From Bigelowiella natans CCMP2755 (Eukaryota > Protista > Cercozoa): 64,000 bases of DNA. The notes under the pieces were generated by a model, which worked only from the letters and a program-made list of their open reading frames with translations, had not been told where the DNA came from and ran no database searches. The position numbers were made by a program, and so were the translations under genes. The stretch spans positions 1 through 64,000 of the forward strand of contig ADNK01000257.1 of NCBI GenBank assembly GCA_000320545.1, read 5' to 3'. Numbering within the stretch: the first letter of the stretch is position 1; every line of letters starts with the position of its first letter. Positions 51,106-64,000 of the stretch are shown piece after piece.

Positions 51106-51705
51106 GTGGTTTATTTTTCGGTGACAGATTTGAACTGCCTTCTCTCGAGGGAACGCCTGATGGGAAGGAAAAGGCGGCGGCAGATGGTGATGTTGGCAGT
51201 GGTTGCGGTGGCGGTGGCCAACAAGAGACAGCGACTAGACCCTATTCCCATTCCTGCTCTGCGCATCGAATCAGATCTCGAACGCAAAGGATGGAACGAT
51301 GACCATTTGGTTCGGTGGTGTCGCTTCACAAGGAGTGAGATGCTCCGCATTGCACGAGCATGTCGCATTGGTCAGTGGAACTGGACCTCATCACGTGATG
51401 AACACTCGTGGCTCGAGGGCATGGTCCTCTTTTTACGTCGTCTTGCATGCCCTTGTGAGTGGGACGAACTTGTTGAGACTTTCGGTAGAAGTCCTGGATC
51501 CACATCCCGGATTTTCAAAGACGTGCTCCTTCGCATGTTTCCATCGTGTGAGGACCAGATGTGCTTGCACAGAGATCATTTGATGAACAATCTGGAACGT
51601 TTTGCAGACGCAACCCGCCGCAAAGGTGGTGAATTCTCTCAGAGAGACACCGTTGGACACATCGACGGCACAATCAGAAAGTGTTGCAGACCGACAATTA
51701 CAATT
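51106..51705 (+). pseudogene. DDE_Tnp_4 (Harbinger/HARBI1-type) transposase, N-terminal part, hypermutated
   Basis: RFTRSEM..LEGMVLFLRRLACPC.W..L..FGRS..SRIF..RKGG..VGHIDGTIRKCCRP (family pattern LRRLAYP...G[FY]IDGT...RP). Later catalytic motifs not found. Confidence 0.85.
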
Positions 51706-52800
51706 GGTGCACATGCGCATGTGTGGCATGGCGCGCGCAGTGTGTCGCACGCAGCGTGTGCCTCAACCGACGTGCACGTGCGCAGTGCATGTGCACATGC
51801 GCATGCGATGCATGCAATCACAAGCTGGCGCGCGCCACGCGATGCCGTTGCAATGCACGTCGTCGCATCGCAATTCTCATGCACAACAATTGCAGCTAGA
51901 GCCAGAATTGCAGATTCAATTGGGGCCAGAATTGTGGCCAGAATTGTGGCCAGAATCATCGCTAGAATCATGGCCGTGATTGTTGAAACATCCCACATTG
52001 CCATGTGCATGCACGGCAATCTAGCAATGCAGCCGATGCAATGGACACAGTGACAGCATGCTCAACGTGTGCATGCATGCACATGCACATGCAAAAGGTT
52101 GCTCACAAGAACAAGGAAGGTCGCCCGAGTGGATGCAGTCTTGGCATCGGCATGGTGACAGCATGCACAGTGCGCACATGACACATGACATTGCATGTCC
52201 ATGATGAGGAGGATCATGAGGACAAAAACATGTGCAGAAACAAGCAAGCCAAGGCAATTGAGGAATCCAAGGAGTCCAACTTGCACGTTGTCTGCAATTG
52301 ATTCGGGTTCAGTCCACATCACTCTCGGTTCATCATCAATCCTAGCTTCACGATGCTTTCCATCATCGTCTTCATTGCAGTGAGCATGTTTTGCTGCATG
52401 TCGAGCTGTTGGGGTTGGGGTGACATGCACAACAAAGAAATGTCAAATCCAGAAATGAAAATAGAAGACACAGAAAAATGGGACATTCATAAAAAAGAAA
52501 CATCATGTGGAATTCATAATATTTTCATAATTTTATTGGAATCGAATTGCTATTCTATAACTTTTCCATACTATGAATGTAAATCTAGATCATCTACGAA
52601 TACAAACAAAATCAAATATCATTCTGAAAATTTGAGGATTGCATTGTTATCTACAAAAAATATGAATATGAATAAACATGAAATTATTTGTATAGCATAT
52701 GTCATTCCAACTATTAGTTTATTACATAATCATTTTCATAACAAAAAAATAAATATACAACATTTAATGACAAAACAATAAAAAAATTTAACACAGATGA

Positions 52801-53424
52801 TCAAAGCATGTTAGAAGTTTTAGAAGATATATTTGAGTGCACTCTGTCTGTAGTCCATGCATGCACAAGGTCAGGGTGAGGGGGGTTGACCTGCAACTTG
52901 GCTTCATGCTCCCTGCGTTCCCGATCACGCACCGCATCAGCTGCAGCCTTTTTTTCCTCAAGCTTTGCCTTTTCATTGAATTCCCATCGTCTGTAATCAT
53001 ATTCTGCAGTCTTGTCAGTGAGAGAGAGCAACACTCTCTCTAGGAATCCCCGTTGTTTCTCTTGTTCTTCACGCTGGAATTCTCGTTCCGATGTGCGATT
53101 TTCCCGTTCGAACTCAGCTTCGTTTTTCATTGCATCTGCTATGGCACTGAGTCCTGCACCGAGCGAGCTCCTGCCCCCCCTGCCAATGGAAACCCTCCGA
53201 ACCAAATGGTCATCGTTCCATCCTTTGCGTTCGAGATCTGATTCGATGCGCAGAGCAGGAATGGGAATAGGGTCTAGTCGCTGTCTCTTGTTGGCCACCG
53301 CCACCGCAGCCACTGCCATCATCAGCATCTGCCGCCGCCTTTTCCTTCCCATCAGGCGTGTGGTCACCCCCCAATCTTCCCGGGGGAGAAGGCAGTTCAA
53401 ATCTGTCACCGAAAAATAAACCAC
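52801..53424 (-). CDS. Transposon accessory ORF: transposase-derived N-terminus fused to a charged coiled coil
   Basis: N-terminus through ..GWNDDHLVR is nearly the same as the transposase ORF. It then continues EAEFERENRTSEREFQREEQEKQR.. Confidence 0.55.
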   Translation of the reverse strand: MVYFSVTDLNCLLPREDWGVTTRLMGRKRRRQMLMMAVAAVAVANKRQRLDPIPIPALRIESDLERKGWNDDHLVRRVSIGRGGRSSLGAGLSAIADAMKNEAEFERENRTSEREFQREEQEKQRGFLERVLLSLTDKTAEYDYRRWEFNEKAKLEEKKAAADAVRDRERREHEAKLQVNPPHPDLVHAWTTDRVHSNISSKTSNML

Positions 53425-54107
53425 CTTCCCCGAAATTATGTTGGAAAAACTTGTCGAAACTTGCGAAAGCGTATGAGTTTACAAATTTCTACAAGTTGGC
53501 AATTCCGTTACTCCAATAGTTGTTGTAAAAACTTTTGCGAAAACCGTCTAATGTTCTTCATGTCACTATCTCAGCCGTTGGTAAAACCGTAGGAATACAC
53601 GTGTGTGTTTGAATGTAACCTTAGTACACGTGCCAATGCGTAGTTGCACACTTTGCTCCTTGTAACAGATAACAAGCCCGTTTTTCAGGCGTCGGAATCC
53701 TTTAGAGTTTGTCGAATTCCTTTTGGATTTCCAATAATTCCTCGTTGTCGCAGGTAGAAAATGGGACCAGTGTTGGACACTAGGAGAGTTTTTTTGCTGG
53801 AAACGTTCAGTTGTGCAGAGCTAAGGTAGAAACCGCTGATCTTAGCTTTGGCTCGATGTACTTGATAGGTTTTGTTGTCGCAGGCTAAAATACCCCCCAT
53901 TACTAAACTTGAACGAAGATCATGTTCTATTCTGTGTTCTGGATTACCGCGCAGCAATGGGTGCTCACATATACGCCCTGGTTGATACAGAAGCCGAGGA
54001 GAAAAGAGGAAGAGGCCTTGGCACACAATTGTGTGATTCGTACAAATCCCAAACAACTCTTTCTATATTGTATTCGATATTTTGGGTGGTTTCCATCTTT
54101 GTGAAAA

Positions 54108-55443
54108 ATGTCCGCAGCAAATCCTGTGGAACTCTCAGACAGGAAGCTTCCTGACAGGTCACGGACTGGAGACCGTCAATCCTGGCACTTGGAAGATAAC
54201 GCTAGGGTAGAGCCTGTTGTAGCCGGACTTACTATCACAAAAACATCCATCAATGGCGTGAACGAGCTGCTCAATCGACCATCTGTGAGTAAAATATCTG
54301 GCAGCAACACTCCGGTCCCAAGCTCCCCACAGCCATTCGTGAATAAAGGACGCTCTATCGAAACCGTGTACAGAAGGGACTCGTGCGACACAAGCAAACA
54401 ACAAAGCATTTTCAGCCTCCTTGGAAGAGGGTTAAGTCGTATAAATAGCTTCAAGTTGTCAAATCGAAAGTGGAAGTACATCGCCATTTGCTCTGTACTT
54501 GTTTCCGTCCTTGCTATCCTCGTGGCGACTTATGTCGTTTCGACTGATACTACTTCGGAAGTGGGTTACGACAACTCAGAAACAGACGCAAATGAAAACA
54601 ATCCGCTACAAGCGTCGCTAGTGAAGGTTAAGCTCTCATTCTCAAATATTGTGGAAATCTGTTCATATTCTTGTTTTCGGACCAGAATGCCAAGCTCACA
54701 TACACGTTTCCATCCGCCACTTACGAGGACCTTGACGATGCTGAAAAGGTCTGCAAATTCGATTAAACTAACTTCTTAAAAAGTAAACATATAGGTACAA
54801 AAGCGTTGCAACATGTTCCCACTTTGAGTGCAAACCTTTCGAATATATATATTTTCCAGACCCAGATAAGCTTAAAAATGAGAGACCTCGTAAGTTTTTA
54901 ACCGTTTCGCTTTGACCTTTGATTTCTAGCAAACGATAAGGAGGACATCGTAATGAGGTGTTATGAACATTAAATAAGGTGAAAAAGGATACAGGCCTAT
55001 CTGAAGACAATATTATCTCTCTTTCCATAATATCTGGATCTGTTATTGTGGAGGTAAATGTTCAATCTTAATTAAGAAACTGTCAAAATTTCTTGCTTAT
55101 TTCTACTTTCATGCAGATTCTATTGAAGGAGATCCCCGGAAGGACATCTCTTGAGGAGTAAGAACGAATGTCGAATCTGCGTTGCAATTATAACATAATA
55201 GTGAAATTTTAACAGGGCCGTTGTAGCGCTTTGGAACTCATTCGAACAAGAACCACCATCAATTTCCGTTGGGGGTCAGGAAGTATCTGCTGAAGGAGGT
55301 GAGAAATGGTTGTTCACACGAAGATAGTATATATGCTGAAGGAGGTGGGAAATGGTTCACACGAAGATAGAGTATATAAGATTTCAATTATTCTCATGTT
55401 GGTATTACTACAGCAATATTTTTAAATTATATGTGTATATATA

Positions 55444-55499
<56 letters not shown>

Positions 55500-55502
55500 G
55501 TA

Positions 55503-55548
<46 letters not shown>

Positions 55549-58500
55549 TGCGTGTGTGTGTGTGTGTGTGTGTTTGATTAGATTTAGTTTAAAAAATATC
55601 ACCCGAACATTAGCTACTCATTAAATTGGCACCTGCACTCATTGGTAAAATCTCTGCGCCCTGTTGTGCATCTAAATGCCATAGGTTTGGGAGTTGATTT
55701 TCTTGGACCTACTGCCTCTCCAACGGTAACTCCGCCCAGCCACTCTCCCACAGGACCACCGACGTTTTACCCATCGCCTTATCCAACTCACGACCCCACG
55801 AAAGAGCCAACGCCATATCCGACAATGGCAGTTCCTACGACGGCCTCTCCTAGTAATTCTGGAGCGACTTTGTCACCCACCAGCTCTCCGATCATAGTCA
55901 CAGATGGCCCGACTATGCGTCCTACACACTATCCTACTCCGTATAGAACACCGTATCCTTCAGAGTCTCCGGTCAATGCACCAACGCCCGATCCCACCTG
56001 GTTTCCTACCGTCTATCCTTCCCCAGATCCAACAGCATACCCGTCTGCCTCACCGACTCCCCCCCCCTCAGATTTCCCAACAAAGAGCCCTACCGAGTAC
56101 CCATCGGCCGCGCCAACACACAACGTTGTTTTGCTTAATGCTGATGATAAGGCGCTGCAACAAAATGACACAAACGTTTTCAGAGACTCTTCCTCATCCT
56201 CCTCCTCCTCCTCCTCCTCCTCCTCCTCCTTTTCTCACTCTTCTCCTGTATACTTGCAATCTTGCCGCCGCGACACCTGGGAGAGCATGCCCAGCTGGGC
56301 AAGAATTCCGAAATATAAGACCGACAAGAGTTTGAACACAACTTCGCTTATTCAAAATATGAATGGCTATAGAGCTCAGATCCCAAGAATGGGTATTATT
56401 TGGACGTACAACAAACAGGTGGATTGTCCCTACAAAGAGAGTGGCTTGAAGGTGCATCGAATTTCATTTTGCTGTCATGAGAGTGGAACCTCAACGTCTT
56501 TTGATTCTCAGAATTGGCACAATAGGAAAACATGGGGGGGGGAACTCCCAGCAAGAAACGAGGATGTGACGATCCCAAGAAAAACAAAGGTTATATTGAA
56601 GGTTCCCTTGTTCATATATATGTTGATATTGTTAAGTATTCACTTCGGAACTCGTATTTGCCAACATGATATAGATACAGATTCTCAGTGCTTCCAGTTG
56701 TCAAAGCCTTGCTGATACTCTGGATATATTACTATTCATTTCCTCTACAGGTTCTAATCAGCTCTTGCTCTTTATTGGATAGCTATGGGAAGATTATCAT
56801 CCCAGAGGATTCTGAGCTCATATTCAGTGACGCGCCAATCAATTTGCGAACAAAAGGCATTGATGTACATGGAAAGCTGAGAATCGGTGGAGAGAATTGT
56901 CGCATTCGGAACAAGATAACCATCACCCTGTACGGGTCTCGCTCCGGTAGAGACGAAAAGGGCATTATTGCTTTCAACGGATCAACACTAGACATGCATG
57001 GGATGATGTATCAGCCTAGCTGGGCGGCTCTGGCAAAGACCGCAAACAAAGGCCAAAAGGTTGTGTGGCTTCAACGCTGCGTTGGATGGAAGAAGGGCAC
57101 CGAAGTCGTACTTACTACCACCGAGTTTAAAGACTTCCGAGGCCACAACTTCAACGAGAAGGCTGTGATTGCAAAGAACCAATGCAAGGGCGAAAGGGTG
57201 AATGGAAAGCTGCTCAAATTCGGAAGGATCGTTTTGAAAACTAAACTCAAATACGGACACTACGCGGCGAAGGACGAGTATCAAGCTGAAATGGCCGTTC
57301 TCTCCAGGCAGATTCTGATCCAAGGGGACTCCGAGGACTCCCTACCCACTGACACAGAAAAGCCTGTTTGTAACAAGGGCGATTTCGGACAGCGAATGCA
57401 CAACGAGTTTCCGTGTAAATCAACACACCTTACAGGTTACGGTGGACATGTGCGGGTCGAAGGTAACGCTGTCGGGCGCATTTCTTCAGTTGAATTCTTC
57501 CGTATGGGACAGACCAATATCAAGGCGAAGTACCCGCTACACTTCCATAGGATGAGAGACGCTGGAAGGTCGTCGTATGCAACGGATAATGCAATTCACC
57601 AGTCGTTCTACCGCTGCATAGTCATCCACGGAACCAACTATCTCACGGTGTCGCGCAATGTAGCATTCGATGCCATCGGGCAGTGTTTCTACATGGAGGG
57701 CGGTAATGAGGAGTACAACACTATCTCCTACAATCTCGCCGCGCATATCCATCCAATTGGCCTTCCTCCGATGTTCAACAAGCAGGAGTTTGAGGACGTG
57801 TTTGAGACGAGCTCCCTGAGGCAACCTGCCGATATATCCGCCTCTCCCTTCTACATCACAAACCTGCAAAACGAGATCGTTGGCAATTCTGCGGTGGGAG
57901 GCTGGTCCTCCTATGCCGTTCCAACGCTCCCAAACGTGATTGGGCAAGATCGTGTGAGAGACAAGAATGTCAAGCCGTACAAGCGAGCCACCTTATTGTT
58001 TGACGGGAATATGGGCCGATCTAGCGGATATTGGAGTAAGTTAGGAGGCTGTATGTATATCGGTGGGTTCCTAGAGGAGAGGGAGAGTGACAGGAAGCTA
58101 GTGTACAATGGAGGGAGGAATATGATACCGAAGAGCATCAATGGAGGGAAGCGCGCTTCTCGTGATCCTGAGGACGAGAACGGTAAAAATATCTTCAACT
58201 ACTACTCCAATATAAAACTCGCACTATGCAGTGTTGGGGCTACTGATTGGAATTTGCGTGGTCATTGGAGCAACATCGATATCTACGATCAGTTGGATCG
58301 ATCCTTCAACGTATTTGGCGAGGTGAGCTTTACTTCTACATCCGTAACGTGCCGCACCCAAAATGGTAATAGCCTCCAGAACGTGTCGGCACAGGGACTG
58401 ACAAACTTTGAGAAGCGGTGGGGCTCCAAGGACTACATGGCCTTTCGCATGTACGACACTAACCAGAAACATCTTATCGACGATATGCAAATCAGGAATT

Positions 58501-59630
58501 GCAACCCCAAAAGCAATCCAATCAAAAAGAAAAAAGCTCGCATCTGGGCAATTCCGCTCGGTTCCAGCATCCAGCAGTTCCAAACCATCATTACGAACAT
58601 CACCTACGTGGATCCGGTTTGGCCAAATGCCCTCGTTGCGTGGACAGTTGCTAAAAAGTCTCGGTTCGGCATCTACTTCCTCAATTTTCTCGATGCCGAT
58701 GGCTCAGCGACACTCCGCGGAAGTCCAACGATAGTAGGCCCCACAGGCCAGGTAGAGCCGAATAAACTGGGGGTTGTGAACAAAGACCCGAACCTGTGGT
58801 GGAAAACAACGCGGAGCAATACGAAGGGCTGCGACTGGAGACCCAACTACTACCTGCCTGTTTATCTGTGCGATATGAACGACCACTTCATTGCTTCAGT
58901 CGAGCTCTTTGTCGGAAAGAAGAACCTGCACGCAGAATCAATGTGGGATGATCATATTGGCTACGCTGCGCATTGGGGGGACAATGACCTCCTAAAGGAT
59001 GGAGTTCCACTAAGTGGCGATCCGCAGATTGTCGGGCCTTTCGAGCACACCCAAGAGGGAGGGTGGTTCGTGCAGTACAACGGGGGAGCGCCGAAGGTAC
59101 TGGAGATTATGAACATCCAAGTTCCGCATGATAAGACCCTAATGCTGGCGATTTCCTATCCTAAAAGCACCACATTCACAGTGATTGGATGCAGGGGCAG
59201 AAACAATAAATGTGAGGAGAATACGCGGACTACTGGGAAGAAGAAGAAGTTGACACGGGTCGGCAGCATCGCTAAAGTAAGAAAAGGACGAGGGTGCAAC
59301 TACTACTTCGACAGCGAAACAGGGTATCTTTACATTCGGCTCGTGGCAGTGAATCAACGAACAGTAAATGCGCTGTGGGATAAGATGTCAGGAGAAGATT
59401 TCAATTACCATTATGACAAGAACACGGGGGAGTATGGGCCGGAAAAGACGACAACCTTCAATGTAAATGGAGGGAAATATGGCATTCCTCACAGAAGTGG
59501 TATGAACTACTTTATATCAATTCAAGCAAGCTGCTCTTCAAAGGATGGAAACTTCTGCAGCGCTGATCCTATGACGAGAATCCCACCAAAGATGGCGTGC
59601 GGAGAGGCCAAGACAATCTCCGGTTGTTAA
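54108..59630 (+). CDS. Type II membrane G8-domain / parallel beta-helix protein (TMEM2/CEMIP/fibrocystin-like)
   Basis: TM YIAICSVLVSVLAILVATYVV. PT repeats (55642-56130). G8 domain WGGELP..DVTIP..LRTKGIDVHGKLRIG..ITITLYG. Beta-helix motifs MGQTNIKAKYPLHFH and SFYRCIVIHGTN. 980-aa terminal ORF. Confidence 0.9.
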
Positions 59631-60662
59631 ACCGATTCTAGACACCTCTGATAAATATTTGTTTGAATTCTCATCAAATTGGTGACAGATAAGCTCCAAA
59701 ATTGGCAAATATATATAAAGCATTTGACATTCTAACCTACGATAGTTTTGTTGCTGTGGAACATAGTTTCTTCGACGGAGTGACAGTTGAGCCACATGTT
59801 CATATTTTTTCAAATATCTAAAACACATGTAGTGCGTTATTTCTATTAATAATACAATCCTAATGTGGCCAATATATGAAGAGTAACCATACCTAACCCC
59901 ATTTCATAATAAATAGTAATAATGGCTTGGAATTATTACGAATTACTCTTTTGAACAATATGTGCGCTGTGTTCACATATGCACACACTAGCCACCCTTC
60001 ATGCCGATACGCAGCGCTTTAATGGCTTAGCACGCAGTCATAACAAAAGTAGCATTGTGTGGTGCAGTGCATCCATGGCGTGAAATCAACAAGCACGTTC
60101 ATATGCTCCAGCTGCATGCATGTTACACATATAAACATGGAAACAATATGCAAGTGTGACCACATGCAAATATAGATCAAAGCTCTTCAGTATATTATAA
60201 ATAGATAAACTGGTATACGATACATGCAACATCGATGTGTGTGTGTGTGTGTGTGTGCGCGGTGTTGCGTGTAGTTTCAGCATTTGGTACAGCAAGCGTG
60301 GACGCGTGGCTCTGGAGGTCCGTATTTACTAGATATAGCCCCAGCAGTTTTACAACGAATTTTGGTTTGGTGCTTTACCATACTGATAATAACAAGATGT
60401 CGTATCGTACGACCTCCTACCCATGTCGTATGATGCGCTGCAGCTCCTCCTTTGTTACGACTGCATATACCCTCTTTTAACACATTACTATTCACAATAA
60501 CATACTATATACAATTTTAGAAATTCGTTGCAGAATAAGCTCAATGGCCAAGCTGTTGTTCAGTCAATCGTATCTGCTATACCGCGTGGCTTTTATCACC
60601 CAAAACTACCTATCATGTTTGATAAGAAGTTGCTGGTTCATTCAGTAGAAGTTGTAGTAGTA

Positions 60663-60788
60663 TCAGTAGCTGACGGAGTTGAGATAGTGAAGTCGCACCT
60701 GGATTACGAGTAGCAATAAGGCATGATGATGCATGAGAGCATGCTCCTTTTCTCTCAAATCTTTATGCAAATACTATGTGCGTGTGTT

Positions 60789-60827
<39 letters not shown>

Positions 60828-60898
60828 TAAAAAAACAATTACCCGCACGCAATCGTCATCATCCTCTTCAACAGGACTCACTAGTATGATGATGGCAT

Positions 60899-60932
<34 letters not shown>

Positions 60933-61690
60933 ACATAAGGATTGTATCCCGACAAAAAAGTAGAACAAAAGGCAAGGTATATACCCGCACCAAGAAATAT
61001 GAAATGATAAGATGTCATATTTGGCAGCTGCAGCAGCAGCACCTTGGATATCGATGCAGGATATTGAAGTATTTAACAGAGCGAAGGAGCAGTTGGCCTA
61101 AGTGTGTTATAGTGCGTGAGTGTGTGAGCGAGTGTGTTCAATGTAGTAGCACACAATAAGAGGACTATTAGTATTGATGGTTATGGTTGGCATCAAAAAA
61201 GGGAGATCAATAGCACCTGCGTCAGAGATCGGATTAAAGCAGAGAGAAAGCTTCCATGCGAAATCACCGCTATCGTTGTGTCTTCTTCTATCTGACCAGC
61301 CATGTAAAACAGCCTTTTTTTGCTTGAAATGGCACGCTCAATCTGGTGAGAATATCCGGGATAAAAAGACAAATCAAGGCTTTAGTCACTTCTTTTCAGA
61401 ATCTTCATCATCTTCTTCTTATATACTCATTGATGTGTCAGTTGGTATTGCCGTGTTCTGTTGTCCATCACTGCTATCTCACGAAGAAGAGATACGACGA
61501 CATCATAACTCATCAAGTGATAACAATAATCAACACGCACGTGCTCACTGACAAAGAAGCACTACTACCATCTGATCGTAGGTCTCCACGCCTCCCCTCC
61601 ACCATCCATTGGTGCTCACACCAGACTTCTCAGCGACGTTATAACCAGAGAATTCCACCAATATCTGGTCTCGGGTCAGCCCGCGCTGAG

Positions 61691-61724
<34 letters not shown>

Positions 61725-62390
61725 TATTTATAAGTTTTCGGAGCAACATTCCTACTTTGTGCGCCCTGCCGACATCGATCGAAAACCCACAAAAAACGCT
61801 GCACAGATCCCCATTGAATGGGCGCGCACCACTGATTTCTGTTAGCACGCAATAATCGCAGCTGCTACTGCTGCGTCCAAATACGTGTAGAGCGTAGTAT
61901 CCGAAGAGCAGTTGATACTACGCTATACAGCGTATGGAGGGCCTCCTTCTTCTTCTTCTTCTTCTTCTTCTTCTTCTTCTTCTTTTTGGTTGGTTAGTAG
62001 CTGCTGCAGACAGTTATCATTCGGCTAAAGAAAGAGGTGGTGATGAGCTACGTACCAGAACGCCCTTGTTCATATGAAACACGCCGCCAGTCTCATGGAT
62101 GCTTGGCCACACCTAGCAGTTGAGTACTGTTTGGTGGAATGATCTCAACGATGATGCTGTCCGCAATCATGGTATAGTATCTAGCACCTACTACTGCTAC
62201 CTCAGTTGGGATCTTCATTCGTCTATGAATAGGAGAGGCAGTTTGCAGAGCCCTATCAGAGGATGATAATGATAGTGTGAGGCCATATTTGCGTGTTGTA
62301 GGCGCTGTCGTCACTTCTTCAGACATCATTGTATTTTGTGCAGCTATCGACAGTAGTTCAAATGGGGAAGGGAGCACACCGAGCCATAAC

Positions 62391-62428
<38 letters not shown>

Positions 62429-63011
62429 TCACCGGTACATGGCTGAGGTGTACACACGCTTGATCCCGGTCTTTCTACCCGCGAAATCATACAATTGGGG
62501 GTTTTGCCTGTTGTCATTGGGATCGAAGGGAAAGTAAAGGAGGAGGCCGCTACTGTATATCGCATTATCTACTACTGTAAACTGTGTGATGTGAAGTGCA
62601 AGTTCTAGTAAAGACATTTGTACTACTTACTCCAGGCGTGTAGCAAGATCTTCGGCTTGGATCCAGCCCTCCTCTGCATACATTACACCATTATCTCAGT
62701 ACAGCGACGACTCAAAGAAGCAGGATCTTCGGAACATTTGACATTTCCAGGGCATTGCACGATTCTTAGGCGAAGCATGCTCTCGAGTTGTTTACCTGTG
62801 AGAGGGGGGTCAGGGTACCGATCATAGTCCCAGAAATCCTGTCTGTCCGAGCTGCAGAGCTACAATAATAACGATGATCATCGGGCAGTAAAGATATCAC
62901 CAAAAAGAGTGAGGTCATCAATAACGCTTTATTCGCATGCTCACATGACCATTCTGTCTGAGTCCACTAAACATTAGCACCATGAGAGATTCAGTGCGCT
63001 ACAACACGCTC

Positions 63012-63045
<34 letters not shown>

Positions 63046-63508
63046 CGATGAGGTAATCTACCTCTCGATACAGCCTATTGTTCTCTGATTCTGCATGCCT
63101 GATAAACAGTACTCGCAATATTCCACCGTCTTTCTCTCCCTTCATGCCCGAGTGTTTATATCCACGTCTTCCACCCTCAACAGTTCTTTGGGAAGAGAGC
63201 ATTCTAGTCTTCCCAAGAAGGGGGGCCCGAGTGCTTTTAAGGTGATGCTGGCAACTTACCTTCGCTTGTTGGTATAAGAACCGGTGCTCTGTAGATGTAC
63301 CTGAATGACGGGAGAAATACATAAGATATAGACAGGTGTCATATGTATCGCATGGATCTTTTCTCTTACCTAGTCTACATGAGGCAGTGAGACCTCTCGT
63401 CGTTCGTCTCAAAGATTGCCGCTCCCCGCTTGCCCTGCCCCGCAAAAGGGAGGCACTGCACTTCAACGTTCGCGTTGTTTTTGCGGACAAACAACTTAGC
63501 TTCATCAA
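60663..63508 (-). CDS. Histidine phosphatase / phosphoglycerate-mutase family protein (multi-exon)
   Basis: VLFIRHAESENN, PDPPLT, RALQTA, IHETGG, GWWRGGVET, IAVISHG, LNTSISCIDI, LHYLNSVS. 5' end uncertain. Confidence 0.85.
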
Positions 63509-64000
63509 CTATGTCTATACAATGTAGTTATAGGAGGATATATTAGACGAGAACTCCTCTGATAGGGATCCAACTCGCCACCACAAATCATCACGTAGCA
63601 CTCGACGGCTAGATTTCAGACGGTAGAAAGGCGACCTAGCCCGCCAATTGGAATGGCCATTCAGCAAATATTCTCGGGTATAAAACCAATGGTGAAAGCA
63701 TAGGTGTTACCTTTCGCTTCGAACTAGTTTGGTCTGAGTATAGGTGGTGTGGGGCGCCTACGTGGCGACACCATTCGGAATGTTAGAGCAGCAGCAGCGC
63801 CTAATTATTGGAATTTTTATTTTTATTTTTACAAAAACGCAGGGGATTTTATGCTATCTCATCCATATTTGCTACGGTTGGGCTTGATCTAGATATTTTT
63901 AAAAGTCACATCCTTGGATGATATTCCATTTACGATAAAGTAGGCATAAAATGTTGACACATAAAAACGCATGATATTTAATCTCTACGACATGGAATAT

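Larger units (their letters stand above)
50981..53549. mobile_element. PIF/Harbinger-superfamily (PHIS) DNA transposon, probably non-autonomous
   Basis: Inverted arms at 50981-51315 and 53197-53549. 3-bp TSD AAT (50978-50980 and 53550-53552). Convergent transposase and accessory ORFs. Confidence 0.9.

Noticed and set aside
51299-52430. Many overlapping Cys/His/Met-rich ORFs (also 19984-21664, 24896-25244, 29492-30411)
   Set aside because: By-product of TA loss removing TAA/TAG stops; not independent genes.
1-64000. tRNA/rRNA genes, or a deaminase gene that could encode the mutator
   Set aside because: None recognised in this window; the responsible enzyme, if any, lies elsewhere.

Overview
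Intron-rich eukaryotic (protist-type) nuclear DNA. I can support about 12 spliced genes: ABCA transporter, DOMON membrane protein, NHL-repeat protein, ankyrin/EF-hand protein, nucleoredoxin-like thioredoxin, myristoylated unknown, possible WD40 protein, a large Reeler/His-brace/DOMON surface protein, flavin reductase, class II HDAC, G8/TMEM2-like protein and histidine phosphatase. One further small hypothetical gene is weaker. Mobile elements: a very young Ty3/Gypsy retrotransposon (identical 326-bp LTRs), a PIF/Harbinger-superfamily element with long inverted arms, and a LINE 3' fragment. Main observations: (1) sharply bounded repeat-derived domains have lost almost every TpA dinucleotide, apparently converted to TpG/CpA, while TA inside CTAG survives. 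This looks like a repeat-targeted A>G hypermutation running opposite to fungal RIP. (2) The Gypsy integrase ends in a degenerate DIRS/Dam-like adenine-methyltransferase-type domain. (3) One predicted polyprotein has an internal signal peptide exposing an LPMO-like His-brace domain, fused to a heme-type DOMON domain. Gene models, domain calls and dinucleotide counts were all made by eye, and gene boundaries are approximate.
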